The notes: generated by a model from the sequence alone, not told the origin. Positions 52,701-60,811 are shown, counted from the stretch's first letter. The stretch is 64,000 nt of DNA from Actinomycetota bacterium (GCA_016870895.1 VGAA01000001.1:13157-77156); one strand, 5' to 3'. A program made the numbers and translations.

Positions 52701-52862
52701 GGCGTGTTTGAAGAGTTAAGAGAGAAATCTCAGTTAATCATTATTACGCATCAGAAAAGAACAATGGAGATTGCAGATGCCCTTTATGGCGTGACCATGC
52801 GTGGAGATGGGGTTAGTGAAGTTATTTCACAGCGTATTCGTGAAGTCGACGCAGTATCTTAG
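49755..52862 (+). CDS. smc: Chromosome segregation protein SMC, 1035 aa, apparently lacking the hinge domain
   Basis: GFKSF, GPNGSGKSN, Q-loop GQG, LSGGE, LDEVEAALD, ITH; position between mutM and ftsY. Confidence 0.96.
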   Translation: MYLKSMNLKGFKSFASSTTLNFEQGITCVVGPNGSGKSNVVDALSWVMGEQGAKSLRGGKMEDVIFAGTSGRAPLGRAEVSVTIDNTDGLLPIDFSEVTITRVLFRNGASEYLLNGETTRLLDIQELLSDSGIGREMHVIVGQGQLDAILLANPEERRAFIEEAAGVLKHRKRKEKAIRKLDSMQTNLARIQDLTVELRRQLKPLGKQAEVARKASIIQSDVRDAKLRLMADDMLRMRNEMEIEVADENVLRHRKEQVESELNSARSREIELDAIATSENPQLIAAQENFYRLTAQREQIRAVQNLSSERARFLSEEAEEAKASGRDPVLLEQEAQQLRNEEKELANKVKKSQEQLDNDSNLLKAIEDKLALEESRVSAALRAIADQREGTARQEGHINGLRSRIDATSGEVNRLTEARNSVEQRLKGYRENFATIETQISSLSASEPGLDGLFEKLKIEMKHCEKELKVLTEKLQSTEKLRAGSLGRLSAFKEITELVKSSENASLISQIDDLTSNCEVEVNKVSIDCDRIRFELTSANDVFNKISSEYESVLSKLNESDAAMTGLAEQLAISGQNVKNSVDEFDRLNLALQAAINQRNSDERDLAAALAQFESHQTPVEPDLTNLEDLRSQVSSARSKEVESRLNLRTIEERKDALSQRAEALENQAATERESASRSISRRENRAQAAITAQDIADTAYEALIQIESSISRAGSERERLETSRSSREGEILSLRTIGRELSIELEKLTSSVHKDEIARAEQRLRIEQLETKAVEELGIDVHTLVNEYGPSNDVPTFYENEQGDFVPGDLIPYRRDQQEKRLSQAEKSLTLLGKINPLALEEYSSLEERLRYLAEQLEDLKKTKKDLLDIIKEVDDRVQQIFTEAYEDTAREFELVFARLFPGGDGKLILTNPSDMLTSGVDVEARPPGKRVKRLSLLSGGERSLVAVALLIAIFKARPSPFYVLDEVEAALDDTNLGRLLGVFEELREKSQLIIITHQKRTMEIADALYGVTMRGDGVSEVISQRIREVDAVS

Positions 52863-52869
52863 ATTCTAA

Positions 52870-53706
52870 ATGAGCTTATTTAAAAAGCTTTTCACTGCAC
52901 TTAAATCTAATTCAATCTCACAGAAAGATTGGGATGAAATACGAGCACAACTTATTGCTTCGGATTTGGGGCCAAAACTAGTTGATCAACTAATTCTAAA
53001 GTGTAAGTCTCTTAAACCCGAAGATGCCAGAGAATCTATAACTGAAGAGGTTAGTTCCTGGTTAAGTGCCAAGCCTCGAAATATTTTGAATTCTGAAGCC
53101 AAAACTAGGACAATTTTGATTGTCGGAGTAAATGGCGCTGGCAAAACTACCTCAGCGGCCAAGTTGGCAAATTATCTAAAGTCCCAAGGTAGTTCTGTCC
53201 TGCTTGCCGCTGCGGATACATTTCGTGCAGCCGCTACCGATCAGATTAGAACTTGGGCAAAAAGTATTGATGTTGAAGTAATCTTTGGTGAAGAAAATAG
53301 TGATCCCGCATCGGTTGCCTTTAGTGCTATAACTAAAGCTAAGGCATCAAATTTAGATTATTTAGTAATAGATACTGCCGGAAGACTACATACTAAGCAA
53401 AATTTGATGGATGAGCTAGCAAAAATTGTTAGAGTAGTGCAGAAGCAATCAACGGTTAATGAAATATTGCTAGTTGTTGATTCAACTACCGGGCAAAACG
53501 GAATGAGTCAGGCTGCAACCTTTATTGAGGCAGTTAATATCTCGGGTTTTATAGTGACGAAATTAGATGGATCCGCTAAGGGTGGGATTGCAATTGCAAT
53601 CGAGAAAGCCACAGGTCTTCCCATTAAATTTGTGGGCACCGGTGAAGGTATTGATGATTTTACCCCTTTTGACCAAGACGCCTATTTAGCAGGTTTATTC
53701 GATTAA
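52870..53706 (+). CDS. ftsY: SRP receptor FtsY (minimal NG form)
   Basis: GVNGAGKTT, DTFRAAA, DTAGRL, TKLDGSAKGG, GTGE. Confidence 0.96.
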   Translation: MSLFKKLFTALKSNSISQKDWDEIRAQLIASDLGPKLVDQLILKCKSLKPEDARESITEEVSSWLSAKPRNILNSEAKTRTILIVGVNGAGKTTSAAKLANYLKSQGSSVLLAAADTFRAAATDQIRTWAKSIDVEVIFGEENSDPASVAFSAITKAKASNLDYLVIDTAGRLHTKQNLMDELAKIVRVVQKQSTVNEILLVVDSTTGQNGMSQAATFIEAVNISGFIVTKLDGSAKGGIAIAIEKATGLPIKFVGTGEGIDDFTPFDQDAYLAGLFD

Positions 53707-53783
53707 GTAACATACTTTTAACAATCAGGCCCTTTGTTTCATAAGCCTGAAATCTAAATTGCCTCTGAAGTTAACCCTGTTAC
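53707..53783 (+). promoter_or_regulatory. Probable GlnR boxes upstream of amt
   Basis: GTAAC-N6-TTAAC (53707-53722) and TTCAT-N6-GAAAT (53738-53753) resemble gTnAc-N6-GaAAc; further GTTAAC/GTTAC at 53770-53783. Confidence 0.55.
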
Positions 53784-53848
53784 CCGATAGTTACTCCATC
53801 TCAATGGCGAGGATTTTGATCAATTCGAGTTAATCGATCGGAGAATAA

Positions 53849-55147
53849 ATGGCGGAGATAGTTCTAAACAACGGAGATACTGCTTGGGTAATGGCTAGCA
53901 CGGCTTTAGTGCTCTTAATGACACCTGGTCTAGCCCTTTTTTATGGTGGTATGGTCAGAGCAAAAAGTGTCTTGAATATGATGCTTATGTCCATGGTAAC
54001 AATTGGAATAGTAAGTGTGCTTTGGGTAATTTATGGATTCAAATTAGCATTTGGGTATAAAGCTGATTCGCAATGGTACGGCGAGATTTCATTTTCCGGT
54101 CTTGGAAGTGCTGTAAACGAACTCACTAATAACGGTGGAGCTTATCCAATTCCATTATTGGCTTTTGCAGCTTTCCAATTAATGTTTGCAATTATTACGC
54201 CGGCCTTAATTTCTGGCGCTATTGCAGATAGAACAAAATTTACTGCCTGGGCCGTCTTTGTATCGATATGGGTAACACTTGTTTATTTCCCGGTTGCTCA
54301 CTGGGTGTTTGCGTTTGGAAACAAGGTTGGCGATACAGTCACGGGTGCAGGTTTCTTAGCAGCCAGAGGTATTCAAGATTTTGCCGGTGGGACTGCAGTA
54401 CATATAAATGCAGGTGCAGCTGGACTTGCCATGGCAATTATCTTAGGACGACGAGTTGGATGGCGTAGAGAATCAATGCGTCCACACTCGCTACCACTTG
54501 TCTTGATTGGTGCCGGCCTACTTTGGTTTGGTTGGTTTGGATTCAACGCAGGATCCGCACTTGGCGCGAATGGAGTTGCTGCATTGGCACTGCTAAATAC
54601 ACAGGTAGCGACAGCAGCTGCCGCAATAGGTTGGCTGATAGTTGAGAAGCTAAGAGACGGCCATCCAACTTCACTGGGAGTGGCATCAGGTGCAATCTCT
54701 GGCCTAGTTGCAATTACACCAGCATGTGCATTTGTTGCCCCTTGGGCCGCAGTTGTAATTGGACTTCTTGCGGGTATTTTCTGTGCCTTAGCTGTTGGTA
54801 TCAAGTATTTATTGAATTTTGATGATTCACTTGATGTCGTAGGAGTCCATTTAATTGGAGGATTGTGGGGCAGTTTAGCCATTGGTTTTTTTGGGAGCAG
54901 CGCAGTTAACAGCGTTGGCCTGGATGGAATTTTCTATGGCGGAGGAGCAGCATTACTAGCTAAACAAGCCTTTGGCGCCTTCTTTGTCTTGGCTTATTCT
55001 TTTATTGTCACTTTAATAATCGGTCTTATCATTGATAAAACAATGGGACTTCGAATCAAAGAGGAAGCTGAAATATCAGGCATCGATTATGACCAACATG
55101 CCGAAACTGGCTATGAACTAACTTCTAATTCACGAGGAGGTTTCTAA
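53849..55147 (+). CDS. amtB: Ammonium transporter
   Basis: MTPGLALFYGG, DFAGGTAVH, WFGWFGFNAGS, DDSLDVVGVH. Confidence 0.97.
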   Translation: MAEIVLNNGDTAWVMASTALVLLMTPGLALFYGGMVRAKSVLNMMLMSMVTIGIVSVLWVIYGFKLAFGYKADSQWYGEISFSGLGSAVNELTNNGGAYPIPLLAFAAFQLMFAIITPALISGAIADRTKFTAWAVFVSIWVTLVYFPVAHWVFAFGNKVGDTVTGAGFLAARGIQDFAGGTAVHINAGAAGLAMAIILGRRVGWRRESMRPHSLPLVLIGAGLLWFGWFGFNAGSALGANGVAALALLNTQVATAAAAIGWLIVEKLRDGHPTSLGVASGAISGLVAITPACAFVAPWAAVVIGLLAGIFCALAVGIKYLLNFDDSLDVVGVHLIGGLWGSLAIGFFGSSAVNSVGLDGIFYGGGAALLAKQAFGAFFVLAYSFIVTLIIGLIIDKTMGLRIKEEAEISGIDYDQHAETGYELTSNSRGGF

Positions 55148-55149
55148 CC

Positions 55150-55488
55150 ATGAAACTAATAACTGCAATCATTAAGCCGCAAAAACTGGAAGATGTAAAA
55201 GAGGCACTAGTTAGCGCTGGAATTACCGGCATGACAGTCTCTGATGCGAAAGGTTTTGGTAGGCAGCTTGGATTAACCGAAGTTTATAGGGGAGCTCAAT
55301 ATAAAGTTGATCTGATTCCTAAAATTAGATTAGAAGTTTTAGTTGCTTCGAATATTACAGAAAAAGCAATTAAGGTTATTGCTGAGGCGGCCAGAACCGG
55401 AAATATCGGTGATGGCAAAGTTTGGGCAACAAATGTGGATTCTGTGACCAGGGTTCGGACTGGTGAAAGCGGTGAAGCAGCCATCTAA
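55150..55488 (+). CDS. glnK: PII nitrogen regulator
   Basis: KGFGRQ, T-loop EVYRGAQY, TGNIGDGK, RVRTGE. Confidence 0.96.
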   Translation: MKLITAIIKPQKLEDVKEALVSAGITGMTVSDAKGFGRQLGLTEVYRGAQYKVDLIPKIRLEVLVASNITEKAIKVIAEAARTGNIGDGKVWATNVDSVTRVRTGESGEAAI

Positions 55489-55507
55489 TCAAATGTAGGA
55501 TTCCTAC

Positions 55508-56941
55508 ATGTTTGAAGCGCTAGGCCAGAGGTTTGGCAAGATTTTCTCTGGCCTTGGCGGCAAAGTATCTGAGTCTGATTTAGAAAATTTCATTGCTGAG
55601 ATTAAATTGGCACTTCTAGACTCTGATGTTGCAATAGAGGTGGCAGAAGAATTTTCAAATCAAATTTTCGATAAATGTAAAGCACTTGCATCTGAGATAA
55701 ATAGGAGCACAAATCCAGCCCAAAGAATTTTTGAGATTGTAAATCAGGAGCTGACTGAAATACTAGGCGGCTCAGCTAGGCGCTTAAGGTTTGCTAAATC
55801 ACCACCTACTGTAATCTTGCTAACTGGTTTACAGGGAGCTGGTAAAACCTCATTAGCGGGAAAGCTTGCACATCACCTTTCCCAACAAAGCCATACACCA
55901 TTATTAGTTGCAGCTGATTTACAAAGACCTAACGCGGTAAATCAACTTCAGGTTGTTGGTAAATCCATCAATATTCCTGTCTTTGCCCCTGAACCAGGAA
56001 ATGGCATTGGAGATCCAATTCAAGTTGCTAGTGCTGGATTGCAGTTTGCAAAGGATAAATTACACAATTTTGTAATTATTGATACTGCTGGCAGGACTGG
56101 CATTGATGGAGAGTTGATGCAAGAAGTAATCAAGATTCGAGATACTGTAAAACCTGATGAGATATTTTTTGTAGTTGATGCCATGACGGGCCAAGATGCT
56201 GCTCGAACCGCAAAGGCTTTTTCTGAGGGAGTCGGATTTGATGCGGTGGTCTTGACTAAATTAGATGGTGACGCCAGAGGTGGTGCCGCATTATCAATTG
56301 TAAAGTTAACAGGTAAGCCAATAATTTTTGCTGCCACTGGTGAAAATGCTGCAGATTTCGACCTTTTTTATCCAGAGAGAATGGCTTCAAGAATTCTTGG
56401 TTTAGGAGATGTTGCTTCTTTAGCTGAGCAAGCAAAGCGTGCAATGCCAGAGAAAACAGCTAAAGACCTCGAAGATAAATTAACTAAGGGAATGGATTTC
56501 ACTCTTACAGATTTTTTATCTCAGCTTGAAGCTATGAAAAATATGGGAAGTATGAATAAGTTGCTTGGTTTATTACCCGGATCTGCTGGTATGAAAAAGC
56601 AATTAGAAAATTTTGATGAAGCAGAGTTAGTTAGGACTCGTGCAATCATTGAATCGATGACACCATTGGAGAGAAATGATCCAAAAGTATTAAATGGATC
56701 AAGAAGAGCAAGAATAGCTAAAGGCAGTGGTAGAGCTATCTCTGAGATAAATTCATTAGTAGAGCGCTTTGCGCAAGCTCAAAAAGTAATGAAACAAATG
56801 CGCTCAGGCTCCATCTCTGATGTCCATACAGGTGCAGGTAGTATGGGTGTGATGCCAAAAGCCAATCAGGTTAGCCAAAAACCAAAGAAGAAGTCTCGCT
56901 CCGGAAATCCTGCCAAACGAGCATTAGAAGAGGGAATTTGA
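55508..56941 (+). CDS. ffh: Signal recognition particle protein
   Basis: GLQGAGKT, DTAGR, TKLDGDARGG, M domain SMTPLER..SRRARIAKGSG. Confidence 0.97.
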   Translation: MFEALGQRFGKIFSGLGGKVSESDLENFIAEIKLALLDSDVAIEVAEEFSNQIFDKCKALASEINRSTNPAQRIFEIVNQELTEILGGSARRLRFAKSPPTVILLTGLQGAGKTSLAGKLAHHLSQQSHTPLLVAADLQRPNAVNQLQVVGKSINIPVFAPEPGNGIGDPIQVASAGLQFAKDKLHNFVIIDTAGRTGIDGELMQEVIKIRDTVKPDEIFFVVDAMTGQDAARTAKAFSEGVGFDAVVLTKLDGDARGGAALSIVKLTGKPIIFAATGENAADFDLFYPERMASRILGLGDVASLAEQAKRAMPEKTAKDLEDKLTKGMDFTLTDFLSQLEAMKNMGSMNKLLGLLPGSAGMKKQLENFDEAELVRTRAIIESMTPLERNDPKVLNGSRRARIAKGSGRAISEINSLVERFAQAQKVMKQMRSGSISDVHTGAGSMGVMPKANQVSQKPKKKSRSGNPAKRALEEGI

Positions 56942-57106
56942 CCTACTGCCTTCCCAATTTGGGTTATGGCTTTAATACTGGCAAGATTAGCCACCTGCGA
57001 ATGGGACCCTCTAACCCATAGCAATTTAGTCCGTAATTTTGTCGAGTGTGAACGCCCCCGCTGTTTACATGAGATAAATCCAAAATAATTTTCTATAGGG
57101 AGTTTT

Positions 57107-57643
57107 GTGTCAGTAAAGATTAAGTTAATGCGACTTGGAAAGATCCGTACACCTCATTTTCGAATTGTTATTGCGGATTCTCGCTCAGCTAGAAATTCAA
57201 AGGCGATTGAAGAAATTGGTCGTTATTCACCAGCATCCGAACCTTCGCTAATCGAAGTGAACTCAGAGCGAGTTCAGTACTGGCTTGGAGTGGGAGCACA
57301 ACCAACTGAAGCAGTTACAGCATTATTAAAAATTACAGGTGATTACCAAAAAGCTAATGGCCTACCAGGAAGTGAAGGTAATTTGAAGTTACAACCTGCA
57401 AGAATTGATAAAAGAGTTGCTTACGAGGCAGCTGTTAAAGAAGCTATGAATGAGCCAGCAGATGGTGCTACAACTTTAAAGAAAAAAGCTGCTGAAAGAC
57501 TTGCGGCTAAAAGTGCTCCAGTAGTTGAAGAGGCAGCACCAGTTGCAGAATCAACTCCTAAGGAAGAGGCAGCACCAATTGCAGAGACTGCACCTGAAAC
57601 GGTAGTGGCTGAAGCTCCTACCGAAGAAACACCACAAGCTTAA
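57107..57643 (+). CDS. rpsP: 30S ribosomal protein S16 with long acidic Ala/Glu/Pro tail
   Basis: [28 protein letters not shown]. Confidence 0.97.
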   Translation: MSVKIKLMRLGKIRTPHFRIVIADSRSARNSKAIEEIGRYSPASEPSLIEVNSERVQYWLGVGAQPTEAVTALLKITGDYQKANGLPGSEGNLKLQPARIDKRVAYEAAVKEAMNEPADGATTLKKKAAERLAAKSAPVVEEAAPVAESTPKEEAAPIAETAPETVVAEAPTEETPQA

Positions 57644-57655
57644 GCATTGTCTTTT

Positions 57656-58333
57656 ATGTTTAAGAAGGGTTCATTCCTTCGGGAACTACCCGTTATTGTT
57701 GTTTCCGCCCTAATAATTTCAATCGTCATTAAGACGTTTTTTCTTCACTTTTTCTTTATTCCATCAGGTTCGATGGAGAACACATTACAAGTTGGAGATC
57801 GAATTGCTGTAAATAAATTTGGAGCTTTATTCAGTGAAATAAAGCGTGGTGAGGTTGTAGTTTTTTCTGATCCAGATAAATGGCTGGGCGAGGCACCAAT
57901 AAGTGAGAGTTCAAGTATCTCTAATAAGATCAAAAGTGGTTTGATTACGGTGGGCGTTCTACCGGATCCAGCTAAACAATATTTAATAAAGCGAGTTATT
58001 GGTGTGGGTGGAGATAATGTAACTTGTTGCGATTCATCTGGAAAAGTTCAAGTGAATGGCATCTCTATAACTGAACCATACATATTTCCAGGTGATAGGC
58101 CAAGTGAAATAAAATTTAATGTTGATATACCTAAAGGATTTATTTGGGTGATGGGTGATCACCGCGGAGCCAGTGCTGATTCAAGGTACCATCCTGAAAG
58201 TGCAAATAATGGAATGATTCCACTAAGTAAAGTGGTAGGACGCGCAACATTTATCGTTTGGCCTTTTACAAATGCTGCGTTTATTCCCAAAGGTGAAGAC
58301 TTAAAAAAGGTTCCGGTACAAGAAAAGCCATAG
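57656..58333 (+). CDS. lepB: Signal peptidase I
   Basis: IPSGSME, LIKRVIG, MGDHRGASADSR. Confidence 0.96.
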   Translation: MFKKGSFLRELPVIVVSALIISIVIKTFFLHFFFIPSGSMENTLQVGDRIAVNKFGALFSEIKRGEVVVFSDPDKWLGEAPISESSSISNKIKSGLITVGVLPDPAKQYLIKRVIGVGGDNVTCCDSSGKVQVNGISITEPYIFPGDRPSEIKFNVDIPKGFIWVMGDHRGASADSRYHPESANNGMIPLSKVVGRATFIVWPFTNAAFIPKGEDLKKVPVQEKP

Positions 58334-58335
58334 GA

Positions 58336-58944
58336 ATGATCGAACGTAAACTTTTGCAATCAGGAATTACAAAAATTGCAGGAGTGGATGAAGCCGGTAG
58401 AGGTCCATGTGCTGGACCTCTAGTTATCGCAGCGGTTATTCTGAAAGATCCTACCTCTTCGGAGCTAAGAGGAGTTAAAGATTCAAAAGCACTGTCGGAA
58501 TCTCAAAGAGAACTCATGTATGACGTAATCTTGAATAATTCAATTACCTACTCAATCATTGAATTTTCAGCAGCTGAGATAGATTTACTAGGTTTACATA
58601 GATGTAACCTCGAAGGGATGCGACGTGCTGTTCATGCCTTGAAAGAGAAGCCTGAGTATATTTTGACCGATGGATATTCAGTACCAGGTATGACTGAACC
58701 AAATCTTGCGGTTTGGAAGGGAGACCAGGTTGCGATATCAATTAGCGCTGCGTCGATATTGGCAAAAGTTTATCGTGATCGAATAATGATGGAATTAGAT
58801 CGCAAATATCCTAATTATGGACTTGCTAATCACAAAGGGTATATCACGGCATTACATACCGCCGCCATAGAGAAACATGGAGTGCTACCAATTCATAGAA
58901 AATCATTTTCAAATATTGCCGAGATCTTAAAAATAACCAACTAA
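58336..58944 (+). CDS. rnhB: Ribonuclease HII
   Basis: GVDEAGRG, DSK, AASILAKV, HKGY, HRKSF. Confidence 0.97.
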   Translation: MIERKLLQSGITKIAGVDEAGRGPCAGPLVIAAVILKDPTSSELRGVKDSKALSESQRELMYDVILNNSITYSIIEFSAAEIDLLGLHRCNLEGMRRAVHALKEKPEYILTDGYSVPGMTEPNLAVWKGDQVAISISAASILAKVYRDRIMMELDRKYPNYGLANHKGYITALHTAAIEKHGVLPIHRKSFSNIAEILKITN

Positions 58945-58999
58945 TTCACAGAATTTATTGGCTTCACATCTAAAGGTTTATTCTGATTAAGTTTATCAA

Positions 59000-59875
59000 G
59001 TGCTTACTGAAGCAGATTGCAGACTAGTTCTTTTTACTTGTATTGAGCCAGCAGATCCCTTTTGGAGTGCTCAAATATCGGATCATGGCGCCCAAGCTGT
59101 TTACCATTATATAACTTCGAAAAATCATTATTCAGAGAAAAATTCATTACCGATTATTAGAGAAAAATTAAATAAAACAAATTTATTGAAAGTAAGAACA
59201 GAGATTGAAAACTCAAACTCAGTTTTTATCACGCCTAGAGATTTAGATTGGCCAATTGGAGTGGATGACTTACCCAATCCACCAATCGGACTTCTTTTGA
59301 AGGGGAATAGAAAAATACTTGATACTTTGAGATCCTCTATTTCGATTGTAGGAAGTAGGAAACCAACTAGTTATGGAGTATCAAGTGCCAAGTATTTAGC
59401 CACTCAAGCTGCAAAAGCAGATTTTACGGTAGTAAGTGGTGGTGCACATGGCATAGATACCGCGGCACATATATCAACTTTAAGTCTGGGTAAGAAAACC
59501 ATATGTATTTTAGCCGGAGGCTTCAATCACTTATATCCGGTAGAAAACTTAAAGCTCTTTGATCAGATCACAAGAAAAGGATTGCTAATAAGTGAAGTTA
59601 TGCCGAGCGTTTCATCCCAACCGTTTAGGTTTCTAGTTAGAAATAGATTGATCGCAGCAATTTCGCGAGCAACAGTTGTTATCGAAGCTGAATATGTGAG
59701 TGGTTCTATTCGGACTGCTAGAGATGCCGCGGAAATATTTAGGCCAGTATTTGCTGTGCCTGGCGAAATTTCATCACCATTAAGCGAAGGATGTCATCGA
59801 TTAATTTCTGAGAGAGTTGCTGATATTGCAACTAGTTTTGATGAAATTTTGGAGCTTATAACTCCCATACACTGA
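59000..59875 (+). CDS. dprA: DNA-processing protein DprA, lacking the C-terminal winged-helix domain
   Basis: IVGSR, VSGGAHGID, FLVRNRLIAA, VIEA..SG, AVPG; ends right after the Rossmann core. Confidence 0.92.
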   Translation: MLTEADCRLVLFTCIEPADPFWSAQISDHGAQAVYHYITSKNHYSEKNSLPIIREKLNKTNLLKVRTEIENSNSVFITPRDLDWPIGVDDLPNPPIGLLLKGNRKILDTLRSSISIVGSRKPTSYGVSSAKYLATQAAKADFTVVSGGAHGIDTAAHISTLSLGKKTICILAGGFNHLYPVENLKLFDQITRKGLLISEVMPSVSSQPFRFLVRNRLIAAISRATVVIEAEYVSGSIRTARDAAEIFRPVFAVPGEISSPLSEGCHRLISERVADIATSFDEILELITPIH

Positions 59876-59905
59876 AGATGCGGAAAAGGTGAGAGAATAT
59901 GGCCA

Positions 59906-60811
59906 ATGAATAATTTTAAAGCAGGCTTTGTTGCGGTGGTTGGACGTCCTAATACTGGAAAATCAACCTTAGTCAACGCACTGGTTGGAAGCAAAATAGT
60001 TATTATGTCCCACCATCCAAATACCACTAGAAATCCTATAAGAGGGATTGTTAATAGAGATAACTACCAAATTATATTGGTTGATACACCTGGGATGCAT
60101 AAACCAAAAACAGCTCTAGGCACCAGATTAAATTCAATGGTTAGTGAAAACATAGACTCAACCGATGGCATAATTCTTTGTTTACCTGCAGATGAAGAAA
60201 TAGGAGCTGGTGATGAATATATTGTAAAGCAAATAAAATCTGGACAACCGTTATTTTTAGTTGTAACGAAAATTGATTTGATTTCAAAGCCAGAGTTAGC
60301 AGCAAAATTATCAAATCTTAATGATTTTGTAGTAAGACTAAGTTTAACAAAAGCAGAAATTATTCCTATCTCCGCAAAGAATTTGGATCAAACGGAGTTA
60401 CTTTTGGAATTGCTCTCAAATTCAATGCCAGATTCTCCCGCGTTATATCCAAAAGATATAAATACAGATCAAGCACAAGAGTTGATGATGGCTGATTTAA
60501 TAAGGGAGGCAGCGATTGCTGAACTTTACGAAGAATTACCTCACTCGGTAATGGTCACTATTGATGAGTCTGGTCAGCGAGAAAGTGGAAATATTTTTGA
60601 TGTTGTAGCGACATTGCATGTCGAGCGGGATAGCCAAAAAGGAATAATTATTGGTCCTCAAGGTAGTAAATTGAAAGCAATTGGCACACTTGCCCGAAAA
60701 TCTATTGAACACTTAGTGGGTATGAAAGTTTTCCTTCAAATCCATGTAAAAGTATCTAAAGAGTGGCAGAAGGATCCAAAAATGTTAGCTAGATTGGGAT
60801 TTACGGAGTAA
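59906..60811 (+). CDS. era: GTPase Era
   Basis: GRPNTGKST, DTPG, TKID, EELPHS, KH domain VERDSQKGIIIG. Confidence 0.97.
   Translation: MNNFKAGFVAVVGRPNTGKSTLVNALVGSKIVIMSHHPNTTRNPIRGIVNRDNYQIILVDTPGMHKPKTALGTRLNSMVSENIDSTDGIILCLPADEEIGAGDEYIVKQIKSGQPLFLVVTKIDLISKPELAAKLSNLNDFVVRLSLTKAEIIPISAKNLDQTELLLELLSNSMPDSPALYPKDINTDQAQELMMADLIREAAIAELYEELPHSVMVTIDESGQRESGNIFDVVATLHVERDSQKGIIIGPQGSKLKAIGTLARKSIEHLVGMKVFLQIHVKVSKEWQKDPKMLARLGFTE

Noticed and set aside
49725-52862. Calling the short SMC a RecN, SbcC or MksB/JetC protein
   Set aside because: Head sequences and the mutM-smc-ftsY position are those of canonical SMC; there are no adjacent mks/jet/sbcD genes
57527-57586. Near-identical 24 bp direct repeat (GAAGAGGCAGCACCA.TTGCAGA.) with a 36 bp period
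   Set aside because: It encodes EEAAP[VI]AE in the low-complexity S16 tail; only two copies, not CRISPR or a mobile-element end
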